From Botryllus schlosseri (Eukaryota): 64,000 bases of DNA. A program made the translations under genes and the position numbers. Shown here piece by piece: positions 26,622 to 40,072 of the stretch. The stretch covers positions 35,280,001 to 35,344,000 of the forward strand of contig CM119372.1 of NCBI GenBank assembly GCA_051294905.1, in the 5' to 3' direction. How positions within the stretch are numbered: position 1 is the stretch's first letter; every line of letters starts with the position of its first letter. Under the pieces are notes generated by a model, which worked only from the letters and a program-made list of their open reading frames with translations, searched no databases and was not told where the DNA came from.

Positions 26622-28661
26622 CAGGGTTGTAATGACTCGAGTCATGACTCGACTCGAGTCAGACTCGAGTCACGATTTTTTTATGACTCGACTTGACTCG
26701 AGTCATTTTCTTGAAATGGGAAAATGACTCGACTCGACTCGAGTCAATATTTGGATTGACTCGATTTGTACTCGAGTCATTACGCATAACTCGACCCAAG
26801 TCATTGACTCGGCTTATTTTATATGACTTGAAGATGAAGAAATTTGCGAATCATAATGGCTAGATCAACGCATCCGACGAATTCTGCCGACATCGCTATT
26901 TGTCACCACTGCTTTCGTTGCACTTGTCTGATATCAGATATGCCGCCGTAAAAACAACAGAAAATGATACATAGTAGCAATGCATTGTACAAAATCGTCC
27001 AGTGATGAAGAGGTAATAGATCCTCCGCAATTAAAGTACTCAAGACTTTTCAATTATACAAGCAAACAATTGAATCAAAGTTCAATTAGAGCCAATGAAA
27101 TGACTCAGATGGTGAAGAGACTGATAAGCTCATGTGTAGATTTGAAGGCGATGATTCTTTGCATTTTTATGCGACTAAAAAGAATGAGTATTCAATGCTC
27201 TTCAGTGTGGTTCAAAAATGCTTGTCAATTCCTGCATCTAGTGCACTAGTGGAACGTGTATTCAGTAGATGTGGATTCATTCTACGGCCATGCCGCTTCA
27301 ACATATTTGAGGATCTTCTTTCCACATTAGTATTTTTGAGGTGTAACTCATTGATTTGATCTGCTGTCTGTGAAAACACACAATGCCCCTCGTCCATTTG
27401 ACGTTTTGTTAGGTATGTGCATTGTGCACGTGAGTAATAATGAATGGCTGATGTTGTGTGATGTTTGTACAATATGGCTGTTCTAAAATAACTTCTTTTT
27501 TATTTTACTGGGTGGTTACATGATAAAATTGTTATGTTGCATAAAAGGAACACTGCATCTGGCTTAATTTGAAAAAAGTGGAATCAATGATGTGAGAGGA
27601 GAATATTTTGGATTTGAAAATAAATGGAGTATTTTAGTGAGAAATTCTTTCATATATTATAATTACATAGTAGTAAGCCGACTATTTTTCATATCCAAAA
27701 CATTCTACTGTAATAAGTTCACTTTTTCTAGTTGGAATTGAGTCAAATTTGCTATGAATCATATTTTTACACAATGTAACAATATCATGAGATAGCCGGT
27801 AAAATTCGAAAATCTCTATTTGTAATTAGTCTAAAATTTTCTTTCATAGCATTGCTTTCTACTGGTTGGAATTGAGCCAAATTTGATTTTTTAGGCAATC
27901 TAGCAATTTTAAGAAGTAGCCGGAAAATTTGAAAAAATGTTTTTGAACAGCCCCATTGTACAATTATTTCTCCAATGCTGTAACTGCGATGTAGTCTGTA
28001 ATGCAATTGGGAAAACCTTTAGTATAATCAAAAGGTATCTGTTCTGTTGTCACTGCACAATGCACATAGTTGCATGCACGCTTTTACAGCATGCTGGCCA
28101 GTTGTAAATACCTCTACATAAACATGCATCTATTGATTCTCTATCAACTAGTATCTTGACGTTCTCTATCAGATAGTATGTAGACGTGAATTCGTTGGTT
28201 CTCTATCAGCTATTCGTGAGCTATCGTCGATGTGTTCATAATAAAAACTGAATGCTTGTATTGGTGATGTATCAGACTGACAAGAGAGATATTTGGTTTT
28301 AAGTTCTAAGATCAGTAAAGTTATCTTTAGCATCGGTAAATGAGGCCAGGATCTGTCCGTTATCTGCCTAAATAAACACGTGCCAAGACTCTGATAGGGA
28401 CAAAATGAGCATGTTTCGCAAACAGGGAATTCGATATCACCCAAGCAGGATTGAAAACATGAGTTGAACATGACTTCAATACTGTGACTTGGACTCGACT
28501 CGAGTCATAACACCATGACTCGGACTTGACCCTTTGAACGGTGACTTGGACTCGGACTCGAGTCTGTGATGAATTGAAAATGACTCGTCTCGACTCGAGT
28601 CAAAACCACAAAAGTATGATTGACTCGTGACTCGGAACCATGTGACTTGGTTACAACCCTG
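26622..28661 (+). mobile_element. Internally deleted hAT transposon retaining C-terminal dimerisation domain
   Basis: TIR CAGGGTTGTAA / TTACAACCCTG; TSD TCTCCAAC; ORF 27132-27359 LSIPASSALVERVFSRCGFILRP is the hATC motif. Confidence 0.92.
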
Positions 28662-30656
28662 TCTCCAACTAGCGGCCAAATAACTGATTCATTTGGATTG
28701 TTGAATTGATCATTTTGGACAGAATGTGAAGAAATTTTAGTCAAGAATTCTTTTTGTGTTAGTGGCTGTTTTCAAAGAGTGCTGAAGTAGTCATCGCTGA
28801 TCTTGATAATCAAGTAGAAGTGACGATTGAAGTCAGTTCTCTAGTCATATAATATTAAAAAATATAATAATAAAACTTGAAAACTTGAGTGGAAATAGTT
28901 CAGAATCGAATCCATTTTAGTAAGTATGGGCGAAAAAAATGTAGGAGTCATTCGTTAGTCGCTACCTCTGCCATTTTCGCAGTACGAATGTCTTAGCTAT
29001 TAATCATCATTTTCATTTTATTTCTGCAGGGTGTTGAAAAAAAAAGGCCGCATGCTGGTTATTTAACTGGCTCATCAGAAGATGAAACCTGATGATAAGG
29101 ACTGTTTTCACTTTATTTATAATGACATTCGTTCGTTTGTTCGTTTTATTTTTTACAACGGCATTATTGCCAATTCGTTTGAAATTAAATTATCACAAAT
29201 GTGATTAATATGTAGTAAATAATGTGGTGTGTGTACGCAGCCGTGATCAGGTTAAGCCCATAGTGGTAGAAAACAGGTTATTATATCAGGATCTTCTTCT
29301 TCTAACGTAGGATCTACATTCTACTCACCATGTTTAAAGGCTGTAGCATCTGCATAATATTTACATTATTGAAGGACATGGAAAAGACGTTGAATTGAGT
29401 CGACACAAAATCCCCCTTTCTACGACCTGCCGAGATCTAATATCTACTATATCGGCTCGGCTTTTCTACATCTTTGGTCTGTACTGTGTTTGCTGGGGTG
29501 CCTCTTTATTCGATTTTGACATGCTGTGCGCAGCAGGATAAAATACCTAGTTGGAATCATTTTGTGGAAAAGAACCTGAGCTATTCGAACATAAGTGTTT
29601 CAACGGGGAATTGGCGATCTAAAAGTACACGCAATTCATTTTACATGAATGTCAATAAACCTCTGCATTCATGCAAACGTGTTGCAAACATTGTCGGTGG
29701 ATATTTTGCGAGGCGTGAGACGAAAACATTTGAGTTTTGGCAGATTTTGTCGAATATTAATTTGCAATGAGAACTCAGGGTTAAATACAGAAGTCTTGTT
29801 CTACTTTATAGTCATATGTCCTTACTTCACCCTCTACTGCGACGCCATTTTTCATATCGCCCCTTGGGGGCGCTTGCGATCAGGTTAAGATATACTGTGC
29901 TAAACCATACTGTTTGTTGAGGCATGACCTAATGATGTGAATTGCGAGTCTGTGTCCGAACTAGGCGGGCAAATTCCCGAATTAATTTGAATGATTTACG
30001 TGCAGTCTTTACTTTAGCTCTTTTCCTGAGAGTGTTGACCGGGTGGAGAGATTACAGAGATTAAAATAAAGACCATTTTTATCGTTGTTTGGGGCATTAA
30101 CGTTCAACTACATTTATTTTTGATGGCTTCTACGGATTCACCTCCAAAAGTTTATTGAAATGGGGCCGTGATAACCCTCTAATTCCTGAGGGTGTACCAG
30201 CGGGGTGAATAATTGGGCAACTCTCCTCAATTTGGCGATCGTATATTTGATATTTTGCGCGCTTTCGTATTTCCTATTCATGGCAGAGAGTCCCACATAA
30301 TCAATTGCTTAATATAACAATAGATATGAATTGAATTGTAATTTGAAGCGGCTTTTGATTGGAATATCACATAGATCTAATACATGATCATAACACCATG
30401 ATCCTGAGTTATTAAAAGGATATTGGTAATTTGTGTCAAGATGGGTTCACCATCAGCTGACACATTCCTGTTTTAACATATCAAAGTTAACCGTACCACA
30501 CGCCTTGAAATCATTAATATTGACCCATAAATCGTGTCATCATACCCAGGTCTGATTCCCCATTCAATCATTGACTCACGAGTCGGTCAATGTTTCGTTC
30601 ATTCGTAACTTTCTTCGGAATGTATCATTTACCTTTGTACCTTTGACCTTTGACAG

Positions 30657-30884
30657 ACAGTGGAAGGTCTCTGACGAAGCTTCGAAGCATGGTTAAAGAA
30701 TATCACGAAGAAAGAATCAAGCAATGCTTCTCATATGTATGTTCCCAAATGGAAAACTACAAGGAATGGGTTTCGTTTACGCGTCTTCACGTATCCGTGG
30801 ATATTTCGGGCGAAATTGAAGAAAAGACAAATGACTCCTCAACAAAATGTTGGAAACTATTTCAAAAGTGGCTCGATCACATTG
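30657..30884 (+). CDS. Death-like repeat exon R5 (phase 1-1, 228 nt)
   Basis: cctttgacAG|ACAGT ... CACATTG|GTacgt; SLTKLRSMVKEY..QCFSYVCSQM..EWVSFTRLHVSVD...KLFQKWLDHIG. Confidence 0.88.
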
Positions 30885-32220
30885 GTACGTACTACGTGTC
30901 GGAATCAAGTCGACACCTTCGAGTACCGCCTACCACCTAGTAATTGTGAGTCACTGCAATTTTTTCCCCAGTCAATTCCATGACAGCAACGATCTTCACT
31001 CCCTTTATCATGTTACAGTGCTCACTGAGCACTGCTCAGTGACCGTATCTGAATTAAATTTGTGGGCTGTCCGGCATAGAAATATAAGCGAATCCTGGCA
31101 TTAATCATATGCATATATTTATTAACGCAAAGTATCAAGTAGGCCTTCTTGATCACATTAGTACCGAAACATAATTTTGTCACCCTCCACCCCCAAAAAA
31201 TCGTTGCTCTTGGTCCTGTCATAGGAATGTAAACCAAACTTCTGAGGAGTTTCACCCCCAGGCCCACTTTTGCGACGGCTGTCTTTTATCACTACTAGTC
31301 AGCCACGTTTTACTGGAATGGGGGTACTGTGTTTAAGTGTATATCTTGTCGCTCGTAGGGCGAATTGAGGAGGCTGAAGGTACCCATGTAGAAGTGAACA
31401 TTTAAGTACAAAAAATCGAGCGCAGCGCGAAAAAAAATCGAAGTTGTAGCAAGTAACCAACTAAATACTTTACAATTTATCTTGATTTGCAAAATAATTT
31501 TGGGATCACTTCGAGCTGCCCTGAATTGGTGGGTTTGGGGTGCGGCAGTTACGCTACTAGAATGCATATATACGCATGGTTACATATATACTATATACGT
31601 CGAACCAAAACCTTGATAAGGCATATGACATGGCGATGCTTCAACATCTGCTGACGTCTCCTTCCCCATAACAACCAACATTGATGGAATTGACGATAGG
31701 GAATGTGCAAAGAAGGAGCTCGACGAGCGTCAAGTGTGGTACTTGTGAGTGCTCAACTGGTGTGGGTAAGATTGTGGATGTGTCTAACTCAATGCTTTTC
31801 AACCTGCGATATGCTTACCCCTAATGGTACGCGAAGTCATTTCAGTTTGTATGCAGTAAATGCATTTCTTCTGACAGATTTCACAAATCGCTAACCTACT
31901 TTTTTCTAATTTGAGAATATTATTATCGAAAACATCGATGAATCCTTTTGTCCTGGCCTTGTTATTTTCGTCATCGTGACACCGAAGTGACGCATTAATC
32001 ATATACCTCTGTCATAATTAATTTAGTCAATGTCGGTACTGGGGTATCTATCTTATAAACTTTCAACGGTTTTATGTCATATGTAATGTCCATTTCTTCT
32101 TTGTCCTAACTCCAAGCAAACCTAACTAAAGTCCAATCGCATATTCCATCAATCAAGGACTCATGAGTAATGTAATCAATACGCTGCAAACTATATCAAG
32201 ATATTACAATTAGGCATCAC

Positions 32221-33769
32221 CAGGCCTGTTTATTTTTGGATTTCTCCAAAAATAACAAAAATAGCTTAGTTTTGGATGTTTTCAAATTTTATTTTTGGAG
32301 AATCTCCAAAAATAAGAAATGAAGGTGTTTTTAGCCCTAATACTACTAGAAAACTTCACAGAAAGTATGTTATTATCATGTATTCATGTCCTTCAACACA
32401 TCCACATCATCAGTGACCTTGATCTAACTTTCCAATACTTTCGTCACAAAGTCTTTGGCCTGGAGAATGCCCTTTAAATAAAAATCAGAGGGTGACGCCC
32501 GGAAGAGACCCTTCTCCCAGTGTATTTTGGTGAAATCGGCTTCGACCGTCGCAGTTGTGGGAAACATCGAGCCATCTGGGTCCAAAGAACCGTCGCTTGT
32601 CAATAATGCGCTTGAAAGTGACGTCCATTTTGTATCGGACAGACATGGATTGGAATCGGTCTTCGATATTCTGTGTCTACTCAGGTGTCCACTTGTTCGA
32701 CAGCCCACTCCGGTGTTTGTCGATCAATTCACTGAGCTGCAAATAAAGTAGCTGAAATATATGTATCACTCTTGTTTATATTATTAGAATCTAAAAGAGC
32801 AAGAAGTGTTTGTTCTGTCCTGCCTACGATGTTGCACCACTTGTAGTAGTAGACAGGGCAGAACCCTTTCATTGTCGGCAACTTCAAATTTCCTTATGCC
32901 GTCGGCCGGTTGCCTCGAATGTGGACTGCTTCTCTTCTTCGTCGATATTCTCGAGGACTGCACAGTGCACTGTCTAATCCTCCACGAAGTTGCGTGCCTC
33001 AGTGAACTTGATAGCCCAGCACCCTCTGACCAGAGGACCTTACTTGCCGCGGGTGTAATTGTCCAGTCCTCAGCTGGGCACCGAGATCGAATGCGTTCGA
33101 CCAGGCGATAGAGCTCCTCCTGCTGCTCCACGATCAGATGACCAAGTCCCTGAATCTTTGTGACGGTGGTGCTCAGATCTGTGGCCATGGGTTCGAGGAC
33201 GATTAGTTGGATCCCCCACTGCAGCGAAGGTGCACAGGCCGGACTTTTATCGTTTATAACCTCGAGGAGTTTGGTACGGTGTCTAGTCAATCAAGTGGTC
33301 ATCCTCTTAATTGACAACCAACATGTGTCAGCAAACTTGGGGCACATACTTTTCTTTTCCCGGATCAAGTGCTGTTGCCGTCGGAGGTAGCCATTCAGTA
33401 TCATCATCGTGGGGACGAAGTGACTGTTGTAGAGGTGGCGGTATTCGGCCTGCGTCACAAGGTCCCACCCGCACCATATTCGCACGAATTCATACCAAGC
33501 CGCCTCTTCAACCCTTGTCGCCACGCCTCTGATCCATCCAGTGAGGGAAAGTATTTTTAGCGTTTCGGAGACCCCCTCCCTCACACACATGCTGTTTTTG
33601 TGAGTTTACTGGTTGTTTCCACAGTATTTACACTGCTCTGACACGTTTATTTCACTAAAAAATTTGAATAAAACATCATCCAAAAAAAGCTTATTTTTGG
33701 ATGTTTTCAAATCTTATTTTTGGAGAATCTCCAAAAATAAAACCCAACATCCAAAAATAAACAGGCCTG
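32221..33769 (-). mobile_element. Decayed hAT transposon with GC-richer transposase fragments
   Basis: TIR CAGGCCTGTTTATTTTTGGAT / ATCCAAAAATAAACAGGCCTG; TSD GGCATCAC; minus-strand fragments RIWCG..YLRRQQHLI..CPKFADTCWLS and FPTTATVEADFTKIHWEK..LKGILQAK. Confidence 0.9.
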
Positions 33770-33807
33770 GGCATCACTTATTGAATGATTCTGTATCTAA
33801 TTTGTAG

Positions 33808-34026
33808 GGTCTCCAGCGATGATTCTTCCGTTAGTTGATCAATATAAGAAAGGCAAAGTCGACGACTGCTTCGAATATGTACGCACAAAATTTCGACACG
33901 ACAGTGATTGGATTACATTTACACGATGTAAAGTCCGGATGGATGTACCAGACCTTCTAGGTCGTGTCGATGGTGATGCTACGAACAAGCTTCGGACACT
34001 ATTTAATGAATGGTTAAAGCACATGG
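33808..34026 (+). CDS. Death-like repeat exon R6 (phase 1-1, 219 nt)
   Basis: atttgtAG|GGTCT ... CACATGG|GTgagt; SPAMILPLVDQY..DCFEYVRTKF..DWITFTRCKVRMD...LRTLFNEWLKHMG. Confidence 0.88.
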
Positions 34027-34522
34027 GTGAGTACGAGAATACATGTAGCTGCCTAACCATTTCTATGCAATGTTCTTCAGTGGAGTTCTCTAATATGGAA
34101 GAATTGTGTCTTCCAAAGCACATGTTCGAACATGCTCAATATGTTCGATATCCATTGGCAGATGCAGTCACTTTCGGCGATGTTCATCATCGGTGAGGTC
34201 TGACTCCTTTAGAGTCAGATTTATATATTATAAAAACCCTTAAAACCCATAATGGCAGTTGATTCAGTTGCCAACTTATGTTTGATGACATGAACACTCT
34301 TGACACTCATGCTACGTAGGAAGCTACTATATACAATATAGCCTACATATCCAGAATTGAGGATGGTTATAGATGAGGAATACCTAACAGTTACAGTAAC
34401 TGGGGCATGAATTTCCTCTACACTATATGTCGGCCGTCTCGAGTACACGATCCATACTATATAGTCGGTTTGAGAATTGGACAGCGTATTATTTCGCTGT
34501 GATGCGGCTGTCTGACCTGGTT

Positions 34523-36650
34523 GGTTGCCCGATATAGCCTATGAGCATGCGACACAATGAAAAACGATAGGTAAGCATGCGACGCTAGAGCATGAGAACA
34601 CATTAGCACGGCGACACATGATCATAGGGACATATGAGCATGGTGAAACATGAGCAAGGGGATACATTAGGGTTACCATATTTTTGAGAAGCAAATTCCG
34701 GACACTTTGTAGCGCCCACTAGCGGATTTTATAATGAGGTGTAAACTCATTGACCGTCAATATGACGTCAGACTGGCAAAGCATTGCCCATCGAATGTAC
34801 ACACTCTACAGGAATGGAGTGAAACATAGGGCATGAATTAGGCCATCTGTAATGTGAGCTCTGGTGATTGCTACTTGCTAGGGTCTGCAATAGATTTCTC
34901 CACGGGCCGGATGAAATCATCTGACGGGCCGTGTTTGGCCTGTCAGGATTGTGATTGGCAGTCCTGCTATACTGTTAGGTCGGTGGGCTATCGGTATATG
35001 TGTTTTATTCATATCCGAACCAACATTTTCCCCTCCCCCTCCCCCTCCTTCCGCCCAAAAAAGCACTGATCTTGAGCCCACCATAGGATAGTCGATGTAC
35101 CTTGTTGGGCACATACTATATGCATTTGGCTGTTAAATTTTATGTATGAATTCTGTCAAAAAAATATTGATATTGATTCTTCCATATATTAGACTATTAT
35201 AAATGCACCAGCAGGTTGCACATCCGGTGATTTCCAACCTTTTATGGTCGCGACCTCATTTCCCACTCGAAAATGTTCCGTGACAAAGCTCAAGATCATC
35301 GCGATCGCCAGATAAAGGCGAACGACCCCAAGATTTGGAACCATGCACTGTCTGTGATTGAAGCATCCAATCGGCCTTAACCAACTCTAGGAATATACCA
35401 TTAGCTTATAATGGCGATTACAATCAGACTTATTTCAGTAAATGATGGTTATTTATATTACTTCTGATTGCAATTTTTGGAGAGGGTGGTGCCTGGTGCC
35501 CATACTAATATCATTATACTTTGCATTAACTCGCGCGCGGCGCGAAGAACAATTTTGAATAGCATAAATCTGCTTGAAAATAGTATTGTTTATGTTGATT
35601 TACGAAAAACTTTTGAGCCTGCTTCAAGCCTTCAAAATTCCGGACATTTATGCATATTTTAGAAATTCCTCCCGGACGCAGATTTTTCAGTGAAATTCCG
35701 GACATGTCCGGGAAATTCGGGACGTATGGCAACCCTAGGATACATAGGCAAGGAAACAGATTAGCGTGCGCTTCTTGAGCATATAATTACGCATTAGCAT
35801 GGGGACTAATCAACATGGTTACATATGGGCTTGGTAACACGTGAGCATGGGGGCACATAACCATTGGGACATTTCAGCATGTTGACACTTGTGCATGGTG
35901 ATGGTGATATATGAGCATGGTGAGATATTACCATGGTGACAAATGAGCATGCGGACACCTGCACATGCGACACTTGAGCATGCGACACCTGAGCATGCGA
36001 CACTTGAGCATGTGGCACCTGAGCATGCGACACTTGGGCATGCGACACTATATCATTTGTCATTTATTAGTGTGTAGTTAACTAGCGTCAAAACCATGGC
36101 TTTATACCAGTTCGAAAATGATATATCCCCCTCCCTGCCCTAATACCAATCACCCTCAACCCTAATCTTGGGATACCTTAACCCTAACCCTAACCTAAAC
36201 CTTAACCCTAACGTTAACCCTAACCTAGCCTAATATCCATCATCCCCAACCATATTCTTGAGATACCTTAACCCCAACATGTACGCTAACTCACCTCCAA
36301 CCCTATGTTCCCCTACCCACCCACGTAACCTAAAACTTCCCTATCTGAGAATAATAATTCTCACTGAATGAATTTTTATTGCAAAATAGATCAAGTGTCG
36401 CATGCTCAAGTATCGCAGGCTCAATTGCTCATGTGTCACCATGCTCAAGTGGCACTTACTAAATTGTCACCATGGTCATGTGTCCTTATGGTCACGTGTA
36501 TCCATGCTCGTGTGTTCCCATGCTAATATGTCCTTATGTTAATTTGTCCCTGTGCTGATGTGTCTACATGCCCACGAGTCGCCATGACCAAAAGTCGCTA
36601 TGATCAAGTGTCGATTGCTATTGTGTCGCATGCTAATATGTCCACGGACC
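34523..36650. mobile_element. Foldback/MULE-like element with 15-bp GAGCATGCGACACTT-type tandem arrays in inverted arms and a central (CCCTAA)n-like tract
   Basis: Arrays at 34540-34667 and 35750-36050, inverted at 36390-36640; flanking duplication GACCTGGT(T/C); CCCTAA tract 36150-36280. Confidence 0.7.
34668..35737 (-). mobile_element. hAT-type element nested in the foldback element
   Basis: Ends TAGGGTTACCATA / TATGGCAACCCTA; TSD GGATACAT. Confidence 0.85.
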
Positions 36651-37919
36651 GACCTGGTCATTGTTTCTCCGCCGTCATCGTAAGTAACTAGCGTACGTAA
36701 TTTCACATTACTTGGTGATTTGGAAAGGAGGTTCTAGGGCAGACCTGGGTAAAGTGCGGCTCGCGAAGTCATTCTGTGCGGCCCGCGAACAGTTGCTTGG
36801 AATTCATAACATTAAACCTGATTTTTGAGTGTTGATGCGTGGACTAAAACCATAGGCTGTATCAACTAAACAGTAAATTCTTATACTTTGAAGCCTGTTC
36901 AATAATATGCCACGATTATGTGGCAAAGTATGAGTAACAATTAAATTTACATGAAATTACTCTTTCAATATGGTTTGGGTCAAATTTTTGTTGCCATGGT
37001 CTTATTACGAATCATACGATACGCGTTTCAAATTTATACATGAGTCGTTTCCAAATCCCTAATCCAGAAAATAAGTCAATCAGTGCTCGCGATTACTATA
37101 TGATTCATCATATCTATCATCCATAAAGGACGAACGCGCGTGTCAAAAAGAGAAAGCCGAAACCAGAAATTCAAAAAAAGGTTTAGAGCACTAAATATCA
37201 TTACACTGGAGTTAAGGGTAAACCCATGATTTTAGTTTTCTCCGAGCATGTCGTCGTCCCCCGCGCACTGATGACAAATTCGCCGCGCATAGAATAATCT
37301 TGCCGCTCTCAAATAAGCTGAAGTGATGACCTATTTTAGTCGGTACTCGTTACGCACTGCTGGTCAAGGGACCGCATGGCGAGTTGATGAGTGCGCGCAC
37401 ACTCGTGAAAAGTAGAGCAGTGGTTCTCACTCGGGGGTCCGAGAACCATTTTTAGGGGGTCCGCGAGACCTTTAAATTTGTAAAGCGATTGATAACCTAC
37501 TATTTTTTTATTCAGGAAAAGCATGGCACAGTTTCGTTTCATAATTGATAAAACTTTTGGACTCACAACCAGGGTTGTAACCAAGTCACAAGGTTCCGAG
37601 TCACAAGTCATTCTCAATTTTTTAGTTTTGACTCGAGTCAAGTCGAGTCATTTTCAATTCGGCGCCGAGTCAAGTCCTAGTTCAAGTCACTGAGTAGAGT
37701 GTCGAGTCCGGGTCCTGGTGTTTTGACTCGAGTCCGAGTCCAAGTCATTGTGTTGACTGTTCAGTACGGAGTTGATGTCATGTGAAACCCACTTTTTACA
37801 ACTCTGCTCGGTGATATCGACGGATTCGCATTCATAATATACTAATTTTCCTCACTTTGAACAGTTTCTGGTATCATTTCCAGTACCAGTACTGATAGAT
37901 GAAATATTAATAGTGCAGC

Positions 37920-39100
37920 ACACTGAATGAAAAATAAAGCGACATTTATGCTGTGAAGCATTGGAAAACAAAAACCGTTAGCTTCAAGTGTTCCAATCGT
38001 TCGGAGAAAGCCAATGGTCGTTGTTACTTCTGATCATGTGTTGTCTTTGAATTCAATGTCAAATATGAGTATATAATTCAATAATAAACTGCTCTGCGCA
38101 ATACGACCGATTCCACATGGGACGGATGTAGCAATTTCATTGCCTTCTACAGTTTTACTAACAGTTGAAGAAGATTCTTAGGTGAAGAGTCTTTGTCTGA
38201 AGAATGTTCTCATCATGAGTGTCATGGTGATCAGCAGCTATATAAAGTTGGATCAAGCGGAACTAAATGATTTTGTCATAAATTTGAAATTACCAAAGGA
38301 TTCTGCTCGTATTGTAGGTTCTAGATTGAAAGCCAAACGTATTCTTAGCACTGATACTACTTTTGATCGGTATAGGAATCGTGATAGTGAATGCACAGTA
38401 GCACACGCTTCTTTGCCTCCGAACCCTCTTTAGTATGCTGTGTGGGTGTTCAAGGTATCATAGAGAAATTGGGAAATGAAGGAAAACGTTTCAGAGCCTG
38501 CAGTTATTGACAGATCTAATTTATATTTCTAGTGGCAGTTCCACCATTATATATAAAACTGGATGTAATGAAAAGTTTTTTGAAAAGCTCTAAACAAAGA
38601 GAGTGTACGTTTTGAAAACATTCGCACAAATTTTTCTCACTAGAATTCCGAGAACGTTAAAAAGGGTGTATGTGATGGTCCTCATATTAGGACACTCATC
38701 AGAAACCACATGTCTCTTATTACCAAGACGGGTTTAGAGAAGATACATCACTCTCTTTCATCGAAGGTACATCTGAATTTCTTGGAAATACTGAGGATCC
38801 TTATTATTTTGAGGGTAGGCCTATAGTTTGAGATAATAAAACCCCAAATCCCATTAAGTTAGTTGAAAGCTTTGTATGATTTGTTTCGTATCGTATAACC
38901 ATCTCCTGAGTTGTACTGGGGCATAAGCGCCCTTAATACAGCCGTTTTTTATTAAAATTTTCGTTCGATTTTTGCGAAAAATTGTGACGTGATGAATGAC
39001 TTCTGACGGCAATTTCTGAATTATCATCGTCGAACTAAATACACTCAATTATTCGTTCTAAAAAAGTAATACAAAAGTTGAAAAATACCACCCAGAGTAA
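37920..39100 (+). pseudogene. Decayed DNA transposase, Chapaev3 (CMC)-like
   Basis: Broken-frame motifs RPIPHGTDV, QAELNDFVINLKLPKDSARIVGSRLK, PPLYIKLDVMK, KGVCDGPHIR; family assignment from memory of the ELNDL..L.L.K and PPLHIKLG motifs. Confidence 0.65.
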
Positions 39101-40072
39101 TTATTGGTTTACTAATTTATCAATGACAAAATGTTCCGTCTGTCTTCCCTGACCGAATGCCACTGATTAAATACGTAGTAGATGTGTATCGTGGTAAATT
39201 TTTGTTTCCTGGCTCAACGAAAACTGGAGTTGATTGCAGGTTAACGTGAAGGTTGCCCAGGTTGGTAACGGTTAGGTACGACATAGATATATATATCCGA
39301 TGTATTAGTATATTGAAAGAACCCCCGCCACGCCATGTGTCAGGTAATCGATTGACACCAGACACAACTACCTCATACGAGAAGATGATTGTCAACACTC
39401 TGTCTATAGTTTCAAATTTCAAGGTAGGCCTTATTATTGATGTTTGGATAAACCTGGATAGACGTAGTTTGAGCTCTGCTGCTTGGCTAGGAGTTTGTAC
39501 TTTTGTACTCGTCAAAACATTACATGGTGGCAATTTCCATATGGAAGCAATAAAATCATTGGCTGCGGATATAAATCATGGTCAAGCTGTTCTTTGCCGA
39601 TACCCGCAACGGCATCTCGCAATGTATGTATTCAGTGGATTACAGACAACAGGCGTACGCTCAACCGGAAGAAGTATTATACATTACTGCAGAATCTTCT
39701 TTTTCTGATTCTCATATCGCCCTATATCTAAAACGGGCACCAATCGTTATTTTGCAATTCCTCACTCAACATTTCACGCCATAGCCACCGCTTATGCCCC
39801 ATGTAAGCAGGGATTGCAGCTAGTATAAAAATTGGTGGGGTGAAATGGCCCGCGAGGTGTAGTCATCCGCGATAAAGATGGCAAATAATATAATATGACG
39901 GAAAATGCATGTGACGACCCATTTAACGATAAAATTGTTTTCTCATGCCGACGCCCTCTGTTTGCAATCGGTATATTGTCTTCAACAGGATAAATATGGC
40001 TCTCACGACTACTGCCATAAATAGACATCATCATGAGAACACCCATTCCGTACCAATGATCTATATCTACAT

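Larger units (their letters stand above)
21789..29497. mobile_element. 7.7-kb CMC/EnSpm-like element carrying several nested insertions
   Basis: Perfect 12-bp TIR CCCAGCAAACAC (21789) / GTGTTTGCTGGG (29486), 2-bp TSD GT, GTAGA/TCTAC-type subterminal repeats. Confidence 0.7.

Noticed and set aside
35806..36063. ORF with VSHAQ repeats; likewise SSQVK (44215-44533) and TPTP/GVGV ORFs (971, 61919-62216)
   Set aside because: Translations of transposon tandem repeats, not genes.
36150..36280. Interstitial telomere
   Set aside because: Short, degenerate and centred in a TSD-flanked foldback element.
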